From Candidatus Limnocylindrales bacterium (GTDB lineage: Bacteria > Chloroflexota > Limnocylindria > Limnocylindrales > CSP1-4), in the NCBI GenBank assembly GCA_049514315.1, contig JBEKVD010000005.1, positions 2,580-66,579 of the forward strand: a DNA stretch of 64,000 nt, written 5' to 3'. The notes beneath the pieces are model-generated. The model saw only the letters and a program-made list of their open reading frames with translations, made no database searches and was not told where the DNA came from. A program made the position numbers and the translations under genes. Shown here piece after piece: positions 23,799 through 33,468 of the stretch. Position 1 is the first letter of the stretch. Each line of letters opens with the position of its first letter.

Positions 23799-24734
23799 CT
23801 AGGGGAAAGAAACCTGGGCCGTCAGGTCGGGGCGCGGGCTGGGGTTGTCGGCAGAGGCATTCCGCAGCTTGACGACGTACGTCTTCGTCGGGTCTACGTT
23901 GGCGGTGAAGGCCGGGTTGATGTAGGTGACCCCCGTGTACTGGCGCTGGTCGACCGTGACGGAAGGCGGTGTCGTGGCGTCGAGGAGTGTCAGGCTGGCG
24001 TCGGCGGTGACCACCGTCCAGGTGGCCTGCACGTTGATCGTGCCGCCGGTGCGGGGCGTGAAGGTGGCCGTGAAGCCGTTCAGGGCTTCGGCCACGCCCG
24101 CGGTGGAGCTGCCCTGGAAGCGGCCGTGGCTCAGTGTGATCCTGGGACTGGCCGTCGGCCAGGTGAAGGTGACGTCGACCGTGGGCCTGGAGGAGCCGTA
24201 GCCGACAAGGGTCACGGTCCAGGTGTCGTGCGGCCCGTCGGCCACGCCCTTGAGGAAGTTGGGCAGGGTACCGACCTTGCACCCGTATGCTCCGGTGCCG
24301 ACCTTGGCGCATATCTTGGTCGTGCCGCCGGCCGAAGTCTTTGTCACGGCGAAGGTGACCGGACCGGCGCCATCGCTGGTAAAGCTGAAGGTTCGAGCGG
24401 TTCCCTTCGAGTCCGTCGAGGCATCGAGGGCCAGGCTGTTGAACGTGATCGTCGCCGGGCTGGGCTTGCCCGGGGTCGGGGTCGCCGTGATCACCTCGCT
24501 CTGCTGCGCGCCGGAAGGCTGCGACGTGCCGGTCGGGCCGGAGGACGCGGCTGGGCTTTGGGTTTCCTGCGGGCTGGCGGTGGAAGCCCCCTTGCTGCCC
24601 ACGATCATCAGGGCTCCGGCGACGCCGATGAGCAACGCGCAGGCAATGCCCAGCACGATCGAGAGGTTCTTCCAGATCCTGTCGTCCACCGGACTCCTCC
24701 TGTGCGATCCATCAGTCCTCGGCGATGGACCCAC
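23799..24734 (-). CDS. Membrane-anchored extracytoplasmic Thr/Ser-rich protein, unknown function
   Basis: A single N-terminal TM (LSIVLGIACALLIGVAGALMIV), a Ser/Pro/Thr linker, then a beta-rich sequence. No motif recognised. Confidence 0.55.
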   Translation of the reverse strand: MGPSPRTDGSHRRSPVDDRIWKNLSIVLGIACALLIGVAGALMIVGSKGASTASPQETQSPAASSGPTGTSQPSGAQQSEVITATPTPGKPSPATITFNSLALDASTDSKGTARTFSFTSDGAGPVTFAVTKTSAGGTTKICAKVGTGAYGCKVGTLPNFLKGVADGPHDTWTVTLVGYGSSRPTVDVTFTWPTASPRITLSHGRFQGSSTAGVAEALNGFTATFTPRTGGTINVQATWTVVTADASLTLLDATTPPSVTVDQRQYTGVTYINPAFTANVDPTKTYVVKLRNASADNPSPRPDLTAQVSFP

Positions 24735-24877
24735 GAAAGATACCGCCTGTCGGCCACATCAGGCTAATCGGGCGTCGTCTGCCCTGACCGGAGGCGAAGC
24801 CGCCGCGCTGGTTCGGCCGCTCCAGCCCTTGCGACGCCGGCCTGTCCCAACCGGCCGCGCTCCGGTAGGCTGCTTCG

Positions 24878-26155
24878 GTGCATTCTCGATCTGCGCCCGA
24901 TTGGCGCTCCCTGCTCGCAATGTACTGGGTCGCCTCGTTCGTCGAGGGACTGGGAGTGGCCCAGATCTACGCGTTCCTGCCGAACCGGCTGACGGAGGTG
25001 GGACTCGCCGCGCCCGACATCGATCGCTTCGTCGGTGTGCTCGGGGCGCTGTTCTTCGTCTCGGGCCTGCCGTTCATCCCGCTGTGGGGCGTCTGGGCCG
25101 ACAAGTACAGCCGCAAGGCCGTCATCATCCGAAGCGCCCTGGTCGAGGCCGTCGTGTTCGGCATCGTGGCCGCCAGCCAGGCCCCCTGGCAGCTGGTCCT
25201 GGCGATGCTGCTCGTCGGCTTCCAGCTCGGCAACAGCGGTGTGATGATGGCCGCCATCCGCGACGTCACACCAATCCACCGCCTGGGTCTGGCGATGGGG
25301 TTCTTCGCTGCCAGCAGCCCGCTGGGCTTCGGCGCCGGGCCGGCTCTCGGCGCGTTCATGATCGACGGGCTCCACTTCACCAGCGCTGCCGTCTTCGCCC
25401 TCGCCTCGGCTCTCTCGGTGGGAGTGGCGCTGCTGCTGGCCGTGGCTTCCGGCGAAGTGCGGCCCGAGGTCGTGCCGACCGGGAGCACCCTGAGTCTCGC
25501 ATTCGCCGCCGTTCGTGGCGTCCTGTCGGACCCGATCGTGCGCTGGCTCTTCGCCGTCTACGGCCTGGTCTTCGTCGGACGCCAGATGTCGACGCAGTAC
25601 ATGGCCCTGTTGATCCACTACGTCGAGCACACCCCGCTCGAGGTCGCAGGCTCCGTGGGCATCGTGCTGGGCGCGGCGACTCTCGTGGGAGCGGCCTTGT
25701 CGCCCGCGGGTGGCTGGGTCGCGGATCGACTCGGGTTCAGGCCCGTCCTGGTGGCCGCAATCGGCGGCATCGCAGTGGCGCTCGCGGCCCTGCCGCTTGC
25801 AACCACAGTGGTCGGGCTGGCCGTGGCCTACAGCGTTGCGATCGCCTTTCAGGCCGTCGTCGGGGCCATGGTGTCGGGCCTGCTGGCCACTGAGGTCCCG
25901 TCCGAGCGCCGCTCGGCGACGCTCAACCTGATCTACCTGCCGCTATACTTGGGTGGCATAGCCGGGCCGGCCATTGGGGCCAGCGTCGTGAGCGCAGGCC
26001 TTCGAGCCGTCTTCTACGTTGCTGCTGGAGTGGTTGCGGGCGCCACGTTGCTGGCGCTCGCATTCGCCTGGCGGACCGGCGGGCACGGGTCACACCTGCC
26101 GGCTGAGGCGGCGACGGTTTCTTCGACTGCCGGGGCCATCGACCAGCCCGACTGA
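24878..26155 (+). CDS. MFS transporter
   Basis: 425 aa with about 12 hydrophobic helices. MFS-like loop motif GVWADKYSRKAVI between TM2 and TM3. GTG start. Confidence 0.8.
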   Translation: MHSRSAPDWRSLLAMYWVASFVEGLGVAQIYAFLPNRLTEVGLAAPDIDRFVGVLGALFFVSGLPFIPLWGVWADKYSRKAVIIRSALVEAVVFGIVAASQAPWQLVLAMLLVGFQLGNSGVMMAAIRDVTPIHRLGLAMGFFAASSPLGFGAGPALGAFMIDGLHFTSAAVFALASALSVGVALLLAVASGEVRPEVVPTGSTLSLAFAAVRGVLSDPIVRWLFAVYGLVFVGRQMSTQYMALLIHYVEHTPLEVAGSVGIVLGAATLVGAALSPAGGWVADRLGFRPVLVAAIGGIAVALAALPLATTVVGLAVAYSVAIAFQAVVGAMVSGLLATEVPSERRSATLNLIYLPLYLGGIAGPAIGASVVSAGLRAVFYVAAGVVAGATLLALAFAWRTGGHGSHLPAEAATVSSTAGAIDQPD

Positions 26156-26191
26156 GCCGAGGACCTGCGGCCCTCGACGTCGGGAAGCAGC

Positions 26192-27388
26192 TCAGCGAGG
26201 GCCGAGCGACGGGACGTCCATCTCCGCGGGCCCGACGTAGCGGGCGTCGGGCCGGATCAGCTTGTCGGCCGAGGCCTGCTCGATGGCGTGTGCGCTCCAG
26301 CCGGCCATCCGGGCCAGCGCGAAAGTCGGCGGGAAGAGGTCTGGCGACAGCCCCACGCCCTGCAGTACGGCCGCGGCGTAGTACTCGACGTTCGTCTTGA
26401 TGACTCGATCTGGCTTGAGTTCGCCGAAGACGCGCAGGACCACGTCCTCTACCTTCACGGCAATGTCGAGCCATTCGGCCATGTTGGCCATGCCTTCGGC
26501 TACCTTGCGGAGGGCGGCGGCGCGTGGGTCGTAGGCGCGGTAGACGCGATGGCCGAAGCCCATGATCTTGTCGCCGCGAGCGATGGCCTCGCGGACCCAC
26601 ACCTCCGCGCGGTCGGGCGATCCGATCTCATGAAGCTGGCTCACCACTTCGGCCGGGGCGCCGCCGTGGAGCGGGCCCTTGAGGGCGCCGATAGCGCCGC
26701 AGACCGCGCTGGCAAGGTCGGACCGCGTGGAGATGATGACCCGGCAGGTGAACGTGGACGCGTTGAGGCCGTGCTCGGCGCCGACGATGAAGTACGCGTC
26801 GAGGGCTCGCGCCGCGGCCGGATCGGGGTCCTTGCCGTTCAGCTGCTGAAGGAAGCCGCCCGCCAGTGAGAGCTTCGGGTTCGGCTTGACCGGCTCCAGG
26901 CCGTTGCGCAAACGATGGAAGGCGGCCATCGCCGAGGGCGCGAACGCGGTCATCTCTCGGGCCTGGTCCACGGTCGGCGGCCAGTGCGGCCGGCGCCAGG
27001 CGCCCCAGACGGAGATGGCGGTCCGGAGCGCGTCCATCGGGTGGGCGTGGCTGGGCAGCTCCCGAAGCGCGCACATGACCGGCTCGGGCACCTCGGCCGG
27101 GACCAAACGCGCTGTCTTGCGCCACTCGCCCGTCCACAACAGCTCGGCGACGCGGCCGTAGGTGCCCTTCTCGACAAGCTGGCCGATCGGGTAGCCGCGG
27201 TACAGCAGTCGGCCGTTGGCGCCATCGACGAAGCCGACGGCCGTCTCAGCGGCGATGACTCCCTCGAGTCCCGGCGAATAGGGGCGCTCGGCCGCTGCCT
27301 TGGGCTCGGCCGGGGCCGCCGCGACCGCCTCTGCTGCGGGTCCTCCCCGTTGCGAGGATGCGGCGGTATCGATGTTGCTGGTCGTCAT
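26192..27388 (-). CDS. Citrate synthase (small, type-I-like; a 2-methylcitrate synthase cannot be excluded)
   Basis: LYRGYPIGQL and the catalytic region GFGHRVYRAYDPRA. The ATG at 27388 (MTTSNID) is preceded by AAGGAGGG. The upstream track extension is rejected. Confidence 0.9.
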   Translation of the reverse strand: MTTSNIDTAASSQRGGPAAEAVAAAPAEPKAAAERPYSPGLEGVIAAETAVGFVDGANGRLLYRGYPIGQLVEKGTYGRVAELLWTGEWRKTARLVPAEVPEPVMCALRELPSHAHPMDALRTAISVWGAWRRPHWPPTVDQAREMTAFAPSAMAAFHRLRNGLEPVKPNPKLSLAGGFLQQLNGKDPDPAAARALDAYFIVGAEHGLNASTFTCRVIISTRSDLASAVCGAIGALKGPLHGGAPAEVVSQLHEIGSPDRAEVWVREAIARGDKIMGFGHRVYRAYDPRAAALRKVAEGMANMAEWLDIAVKVEDVVLRVFGELKPDRVIKTNVEYYAAAVLQGVGLSPDLFPPTFALARMAGWSAHAIEQASADKLIRPDARYVGPAEMDVPSLGPR

Positions 27389-27570
27389 CGTCGCCCTCCT
27401 TGGGGCGTCTTGCGCGAAAGGTGGTCCCGGGTCCGGAGAAGCGGCTGGCTCTGGGCGGCCGGACTTGTGGTGGGCGCATGCTACCTCGGTCGCGTAAGGT
27501 GGCGCTGGTTTACCGCAACCAGTCGAGCCTGGCGAAACGGGTAGGCGCCGCGAAGGCGCGAAGATGCGTG

Positions 27571-27858
27571 TTAGTCGCGACCGCGATGCCGGTTCCGTCG
27601 CTCGTCGCCCTCGAGAGCGTCGAGGATCAGGCGGATCACGATCGAGCCCAGGAACGCAACGAGCAAGGCGCCCAGAAAACCGTGGCTGCTGTCCGCGTGC
27701 AGCTCCTCGGTCGCGAACCAGCCGCCCAGCAGGCCACCCAGTATGCCGACGGCCGTGTTGGCGAGACAGCCATGCGGGCCTCTCTCCACCACGGCGCCGG
27801 AGAACGCACCGGCCAGGAAACCGACGACGATCCAACCGACGAAATCCATGTGCGGCAC
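27571..27858 (-). CDS. GlsB/YeaQ/YmgE-family small stress membrane protein
   Basis: 95 aa with Gly-rich helices DFVGWIVVGFLAGAFSG and GILGGLLGGWF, typical of the transglycosylase-associated family. Confidence 0.75.
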   Translation of the reverse strand: MPHMDFVGWIVVGFLAGAFSGAVVERGPHGCLANTAVGILGGLLGGWFATEELHADSSHGFLGALLVAFLGSIVIRLILDALEGDERRNRHRGRD

Positions 27859-28054
27859 TGACGGCTCCTGCTGTGAGTCAAGTCATCCAGGCTGGGACGC
27901 CGGATCCGATCATATCGCCGGCAGCAGGCCGCCAGGATCAGTCGACCGCACGATTGCGAGTCGTCCTCCCGCACGATGGCCGAGCCCGTCGGTCGGCGGC
28001 GAGGCAGCCGGACCCACCAGCGGCCTCGGCTGCGGCCAGGAGCGGTCCGCGCTG

Positions 28055-28303
28055 CTAGAGAGCGTCCTTCCAGGCCGGCATCATCTTCATGTAAGCGCGG
28101 GCCTTTTCGCGGGCCGCTCGGTAGTCGAGGCCATCCTGGTGCATCGTCCACTGCGTGAATCGCTCGAGGCGCTCGTCGACCGAGGTTAGCCTGCCCGAGG
28201 GGGCGCAGTAGCCGCAGTAGGGGATCGTCGGGTCGGCCAGGGCGTGGTCCTCGGCGCCCGTCAGGGGCATGCCGCAGGATTCGCAGTTGACGGCGATGGT
28301 CAT
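28055..28303 (-). CDS. Small zinc-ribbon domain protein
   Basis: 82 aa with CESCGMPL ... YCGYC. Its ATG overlaps the marR stop by 4 nt (ATGA), implying co-translation with the MarR gene. Confidence 0.65.
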   Translation of the reverse strand: MTIAVNCESCGMPLTGAEDHALADPTIPYCGYCAPSGRLTSVDERLERFTQWTMHQDGLDYRAAREKARAYMKMMPAWKDAL

Positions 28304-28899
28304 TGGGAACTCCTTTCCGATGGTGGAGCGGCCCCGGTCGGGGCTGCCGCAGGTGAGTCGAGGACTTCAGCGGAGGCGAGCAGCTCGAAGCCGCGGACGA
28401 CGGTAGCCCGCTCCTCCGGGGACAGGTTCTCCATCACGCGGGCGAGGAGGTCAGGAGCCAGCACCTGGCCGACCCGCGAGACGACGTCGCGCCCCGGTTC
28501 TGTCAGCCAGACGAGGACCCGACGCTCGTCGCGCTCGTCGCGGATTCGGGCGACGAGTCCCCTCGACTCGAGTCGTTGGAGCAACTCCGACGCGGAGTTG
28601 CGCCTCAGGCCGAGATGCGCGGCCTGCTCGCCGACGGTCAACGGTCCACTGGCCGAAAGGTGCTGCAGCACCTCCAACGCGCGGCGCGTCATCGGCAGAT
28701 CCCCGCCCTGAACCCTGCGGGCCCAGTTGTACCGCCTGTACACCTCCGGAAAGAGACGGGCGACCCGCCTGGCCGCCGCGATCGCGGTCAGGTCGGCTGC
28801 ACCGGCCGACGTTGCGCCGTCCGGCGGCCGATGGACACCGGGCGGCTCCGGTGCCTCGGTTCCGACCGGGCTCTGCGTGGATCTGCTCGTGGCGACCAT
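28300..28899 (-). CDS. MarR-family transcriptional regulator
   Basis: Winged HTH LTVGEQAAHLGLRRNSASELLQRLESRGLVARIRDERDERRVLVWLTEPG. Start at the ATG at 28899 (MVATSRS). Confidence 0.8.
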   Translation of the reverse strand: MVATSRSTQSPVGTEAPEPPGVHRPPDGATSAGAADLTAIAAARRVARLFPEVYRRYNWARRVQGGDLPMTRRALEVLQHLSASGPLTVGEQAAHLGLRRNSASELLQRLESRGLVARIRDERDERRVLVWLTEPGRDVVSRVGQVLAPDLLARVMENLSPEERATVVRGFELLASAEVLDSPAAAPTGAAPPSERSSQ

Positions 28900-29152
28900 G
28901 TCGGTACGACTATCTCCCGGCCGTCTGGGCTCGTCAACGGTTCTGATCGCCGGCCACGACGCATTCGGCGCCGGCGCCTCGACCGGTTGCGGCCTGGTGC
29001 GCCGGGCGACCAGCCGAGGAATCGTGCCGCGCTTCGGGACAGGCGCGCCGATCCGGCCGCGCCCGCCCGCGTCGGCGCATATTGCTGCCCGAAAGGGTGG
29101 GCAGGGTCGACCGAAGCCGATCGGCAGGCAGTCGCCGCGCCCGGAATCGTGG

Positions 29153-30580
29153 ATGTATCGCCGTCGTCGCTGGTTCGTTGTCATCGCCGCCGTTCTGCTC
29201 GTCGGCACCGTCGAAGCGTTGAGCGATACGGTCTTCGACGCCATCCTGCCGTTCCCGTTCCACGCCTTGCTCGTGGTCGCGGTCGTCACCGCGGTGGTTG
29301 GAACGGGCGCGTCGTACGCCTTCCGCCGGATCGATCGGTTGACCCGCGATCTCCGCGAGCGCAACGCCGCGCTTGAATCTCGCAACGCGATTCTGCGGGC
29401 CCTCTACGATGTGAGCCTGGCCGTCTCCGGCCAGGCAGACCCCGAGCAGACGATCACCTCGATCGTCGACCACGCCCGCTTGCTCCTTGGAGCCGACGCG
29501 GCGCTGCTGGTCCTGGACGGTCCGGCGGGCGAGGTGAGCCTGCGGGCGGTCAGCGCGGCCCCGGGCGTCCTCGCCGGCGAGGAACCCGCGCCGGCCGGCG
29601 TCGTGCCGCGGGAGGAGGACGGCATCGACTGCTACCTGCGGCCCGGCTACGGGATTCTGATCTCGGCACCTGTGGGCCACGGCGAGAAACGAATCGGGAC
29701 GCTCGGTCTCGCGCTTGCGAGCGGCGTTCGCCGGCATTTCGACGAGTCAGAAGCGGAGACTCTCTCCGCCCTGGCAACCCAGGTCGGCCTGGCACTCGAA
29801 GTCGCGCGGTTGCAGAGCGAACTCAAGGTGCTCGCAGTCCAGGAAGAGCGCGAACGCATTGCCCGTGACATGCACGACGGCCTGGCCCAGGTCCTTGCCT
29901 ACGTCAACACCAAGTCCCAGGCCGTGGAGGAGATGCTCGCCCACGGGCACGCGGCCGAGGCCCGCCGTCAACTTGCCGAGCTCGCCGCGGCGGCTCGGTC
30001 GGTCTACGTTGACGTCCGCGAGGCGATACTCAACCTCTCAACGCCAATGCCCCAGGACCGGGGAGTGGCGGCGGCTCTGGAGGAGTACGCGGCCATGTAC
30101 GCGGAATCCTCGAAACTCGCCGTTCATTTCCACGCCGACCCGGCCGCGGCCCGGGCGCCGCTTCCGGCGGCAGCCGCGTCGGAGGTCTTCAGCATCGCCC
30201 GTGAAGCTCTTACAAACGTCCGCAAGCACGCCCGCGCTCACCGGGTCAACCTGGACCTCAGCCTGGAGGGCCGCGAGCTGGTTCTGCGCATCGAGGATGA
30301 CGGCCTGGGCTTCGATGCCGAGCTGTTCGCCGTCGGCCCGGAGCGCTGGCCGCACTTCGGCCTGGCCGGGATGCGAGAGCGGGCCGAATCGGTCGGGGGC
30401 AGCGTCGTCTGGCGCAGCGGGGCCGGCACCGGGACCCGGGTCGAACTGCATGTGCCGACGGGCAGCTCCTCGCCGGGCCACCCGCCGGTTGCCGGAGCGT
30501 CGTCCGCGGCAGCCGAGCGTTCCACATCGCAGCACCAGGCGGTCCGATCGCCCGCTGCGGCCGTTGGGGAGGCAGACTGA
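29153..30580 (+). CDS. Sensor histidine kinase: 2 TM + GAF + HisKA_3 + HATPase_c
   Basis: N-terminal TMs (WFVVIAAVLLVGTV, ALLVVAVVTAVVGTG) and a GAF-like region (IVDHARLLLGADAALLVLD...IGTLGLA). H-box EERERIARDMHDGLAQ and G-box GTGTRVELHVP. ATG at 29153. Confidence 0.85.
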   Translation: MYRRRRWFVVIAAVLLVGTVEALSDTVFDAILPFPFHALLVVAVVTAVVGTGASYAFRRIDRLTRDLRERNAALESRNAILRALYDVSLAVSGQADPEQTITSIVDHARLLLGADAALLVLDGPAGEVSLRAVSAAPGVLAGEEPAPAGVVPREEDGIDCYLRPGYGILISAPVGHGEKRIGTLGLALASGVRRHFDESEAETLSALATQVGLALEVARLQSELKVLAVQEERERIARDMHDGLAQVLAYVNTKSQAVEEMLAHGHAAEARRQLAELAAAARSVYVDVREAILNLSTPMPQDRGVAAALEEYAAMYAESSKLAVHFHADPAAARAPLPAAAASEVFSIAREALTNVRKHARAHRVNLDLSLEGRELVLRIEDDGLGFDAELFAVGPERWPHFGLAGMRERAESVGGSVVWRSGAGTGTRVELHVPTGSSSPGHPPVAGASSAAAERSTSQHQAVRSPAAAVGEAD

Positions 30581-30584
30581 GGCC

Positions 30585-31280
30585 ATGAGAACCGTGCTCG
30601 TCGACGACCATGCCCTCTTCCGCGATGGCGTGGCGTCGCTGCTGCTGGCCTGGGGCCACGAGGTCGTTGGCCTGGCGTCGGACGGGGCCGAGGCGGTCGA
30701 GCTCGTGGATGAGACGTCCCCAGAAGTGGTCCTGATGGACGTCCGCATGCCCAACGTCTCGGGGCTCGAGGCGACGGCCAGGATCAAGGAGCGCCACCCA
30801 GAGGTCGCCATCGTGATGCTGACGGTGAGCGAGGATGAGGCGGACCTCTTCCGCGCCATCAAGGCCGGCGCCCAGGGCTACCTGCTCAAGAACCTCGAGG
30901 CGCATCAGCTGCGATCCATGCTCGAAGGCGTGGCCCGAGGCGAGCCGGCGATCACCCCGGCGACGGCCGCCCGAATCATCGACGAGTTCCTACGGACGCC
31001 GGGCCGCCCTCCTCAAGCGAACGGACGTCTGACCGACCGCGAACTGGAGGTCCTCAAGCTCGTCACCGCCGGCCAGCGGAACCGCGAGATCGCGACCGAG
31101 CTGGGCATCAGTGAGAACACCGTCAAGTTCCACCTCAAGAACATCGTCGAGAAGCTGCATGCGCAGAACCGCGCAGAGCTCGCTGCTCGGGCTGTGCGCG
31201 AGGGTCTGGTTCCGGATCCGCCGGGCGAGGCCTCCTCGGGTGGGCGACCGTACCGCGAGATGTCCTACCGTCGCCGCTGA
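30585..31280 (+). CDS. NarL/FixJ-family response regulator
   Basis: Receiver domain VLVDDHALFRDG...VVLMDVRMP and LuxR HTH LTDRELEVLKLVTAGQRNREIATELGISENTVKFHLKNI. It starts 5 nt after the kinase stop. Confidence 0.9.
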   Translation: MRTVLVDDHALFRDGVASLLLAWGHEVVGLASDGAEAVELVDETSPEVVLMDVRMPNVSGLEATARIKERHPEVAIVMLTVSEDEADLFRAIKAGAQGYLLKNLEAHQLRSMLEGVARGEPAITPATAARIIDEFLRTPGRPPQANGRLTDRELEVLKLVTAGQRNREIATELGISENTVKFHLKNIVEKLHAQNRAELAARAVREGLVPDPPGEASSGGRPYREMSYRRR

Positions 31281-31455
31281 GCCGAGGGTCCGACGCCGCC
31301 GCGGAGTCGACGACGGCGACTCGGTGGGTTCCAAACCGCGGGTAGCCACCGAACACCACCCGGAAGGATAGGTAAACTGCTTTCCTCCGGCAGATGCGAC
31401 GGGACCAGGCCGGGGCCATTCTGCGGCCGAGCAATCCATACGGCCGAGGCGTTCC

Positions 31456-33468
31456 ATGGGCTATCGCATTCAGATCGAGACCGGGGGTTGCCTGAACTGC
31501 GGCGTCTGCATGGACGTCTGCCCGGTTCAGGCCCTGGACATGAGCCGCCCGCAACGGCCTGGGGTCGAAGGATCCGGCCTGTTCGGCAGGCCGTTCGACT
31601 GGATGATGGAGTACCCGGTCCAGGTCGGTGAGTGCATCGGCTGCGGCATCTGCGTCCGCGAGTGCCCGACGCGCGTGGTGATTCTGGACAGCGTGGCCGG
31701 GCCTACGCCCCTGGCTGCCCGCCAGGGCCCGATCAACAGGCCGGCCGAGCCCGTCCCCGCCTGGCAGCCGCTCAGCGAAGTCACTCGCGAATCCCTCAAA
31801 CCGGTTCGGGTCTCGCCCTGGGGCGATCTCTTCCAGTGGCGAACGAGCGAACGGCCGCAGGACTGGCAGGTCTGGCGGTCAATGGTGACCGAGTCGCGCC
31901 ACGATCCCATCTCGCCCTGCCAGGAAGCCTGCCCCGCCGGCACGGACGCCGGGCGTTACGTCGGGCTGATCGAGCAGGGTCGGTACGACGAGGCGTACGC
32001 GGTCGCGGCCGAAGTCAACCCGTTTCCGTCGGTCTGCGGCTGGATCTGCACGGCCCCTTGCGAGTCGGCCTGTCGGCGAGGCACGCTCGACGAGCCAATC
32101 GCGATCCGACGCCTCAAGCGTTTCGCGACCGAGCAGGGCAAGCTGCCGCCCGTCGCCCCTCCGATGAACCGGCGGAAGGAGAGGGTGGCCATCGTTGGCG
32201 GTGGACCCGCCGGCATGGCGGCGGCCTACTACCTGGCCAGGCTCGGCTACGTGGTGACCGTCTTCGAGGCGATGCCGGTGCCCGGCGGAATGATGGCCAT
32301 CGGCATCCCCGAGTACCGCCTGCCTCGACAGGTGCTGCGCGCAGAGATCGACCGGATCGTCGGCCTAGGGGTGGAGCTGAAGCTGGACCACGCCATGGGC
32401 CGCGACTTTACGCTGGCCGACCTGGAGGCCGGGTACGACGCGATCTTCCTGGCCACGGGCGCGTCTCGCAGCCGCAAGCTCGGCGTGCCGGGCGACGGTC
32501 TCTCGGGCGTGGTGCCGGCGACGTTCTTCCTCAAGCAGGTGAACCTGGGCGAGAAGCCCGAGCTCAGGGGCGCAGTCGTTGTCGTCGGCGGCGGGAGCAC
32601 GGCCATGGACGCGGCTCGATCCGCGCTCCGATCAGGTGCCTCGTCCGTCACCATCCTCTACCGTCGTGGCCGGGCCGAGATGCCCGCCCAGGCCGAAGAG
32701 GCGGAGGCGGCCGAGCACGAAGGCATCTCGATCCTGCTCGAAGCCGCCGTGACGGAGGTCCAGGGCAACGAGGCAGGCGTGACCGCGATCAAGTACGTCG
32801 GCCAGCGGCCGACCGGCAGATTCGAAGGCGGGCGCGCCGTATACGAGCCGATCCCTGGGAGCGACCGTTGCATCGATGTCACCACGATCCTCGTGGCCGT
32901 CGGTGAGGAGCCCGACCCATCGATCCTCCCGGCCGGGGCCGGCATCGAGACGAGCGGCTTCTCCGGCATCGTCGCCGACGCCGGCCTGGCCACGGGCCGC
33001 AAGGGGGTCTTCGCTGGCGGCGACGTAGTGTCCGGCGCCAAGACGATCATCCACGCCGTGGCGGCCGGCCGCCGTGCCGCCGGCTCCATCCACGAGTACC
33101 TCTCCGGCAGCCGCGACGGCGAGGCCGAGATCATGGCCTCGGTCCGGGTGCCGAAGGCGCCCGAGCCGGCGCTGAGCGTCGATCTGGCGATGCGGCCGCG
33201 TGTCGGGATGAGCATCGCGCCATACCAGCCGGGTTCCTTCGCTGCGACTCAGCCGAGCCTGGAGCCGGCCGCCGCCACGGCCGAGGCGGCTCGCTGTTTC
33301 AGGTGCGACGCGGTGTACCGCTGCGCGCAGGTGCATGTCCAGTCCGGGCGCGGGCCCCGCGACGGTCCCGACACCTCACCCGTGGAGACAATGCCGGCCC
33401 TGGCTGGCCGGCTCAACCTCGCCCAATCGGCGAGCACTCCTTCGTCGATCACAGGAGGTCGCGACTGA
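31456..33468 (+). CDS. Fe-S flavoprotein: N-terminal 2x[4Fe-4S] ferredoxin domain fused to a GltD-like NAD(P)H/FAD oxidoreductase
   Basis: CLNCGVCMDVCP and CIGCGICVRECP motifs. GltD-type cluster region PFPSVCGWICTAPCESACRRG. Dinucleotide folds VAIVGGGPAGMAAAYYL and VVVVGGGSTAMDAA, then VFAGGD. An extra C-terminal Cys motif CFRCDAVYRC. Confidence 0.85.
   Translation: MGYRIQIETGGCLNCGVCMDVCPVQALDMSRPQRPGVEGSGLFGRPFDWMMEYPVQVGECIGCGICVRECPTRVVILDSVAGPTPLAARQGPINRPAEPVPAWQPLSEVTRESLKPVRVSPWGDLFQWRTSERPQDWQVWRSMVTESRHDPISPCQEACPAGTDAGRYVGLIEQGRYDEAYAVAAEVNPFPSVCGWICTAPCESACRRGTLDEPIAIRRLKRFATEQGKLPPVAPPMNRRKERVAIVGGGPAGMAAAYYLARLGYVVTVFEAMPVPGGMMAIGIPEYRLPRQVLRAEIDRIVGLGVELKLDHAMGRDFTLADLEAGYDAIFLATGASRSRKLGVPGDGLSGVVPATFFLKQVNLGEKPELRGAVVVVGGGSTAMDAARSALRSGASSVTILYRRGRAEMPAQAEEAEAAEHEGISILLEAAVTEVQGNEAGVTAIKYVGQRPTGRFEGGRAVYEPIPGSDRCIDVTTILVAVGEEPDPSILPAGAGIETSGFSGIVADAGLATGRKGVFAGGDVVSGAKTIIHAVAAGRRAAGSIHEYLSGSRDGEAEIMASVRVPKAPEPALSVDLAMRPRVGMSIAPYQPGSFAATQPSLEPAAATAEAARCFRCDAVYRCAQVHVQSGRGPRDGPDTSPVETMPALAGRLNLAQSASTPSSITGGRD

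Noticed and set aside
28727-29152. N-terminal extensions of the kinase ORF (from 28727) and the response-regulator ORF (from 29715) in the ORF track
   Set aside because: The extensions are Arg/Ala/Pro-rich, overlap neighbouring genes, and precede obvious native N-termini (MYRRRRWFVV with TM helices; MRTVLVDDH). The internal ATG starts are preferred.
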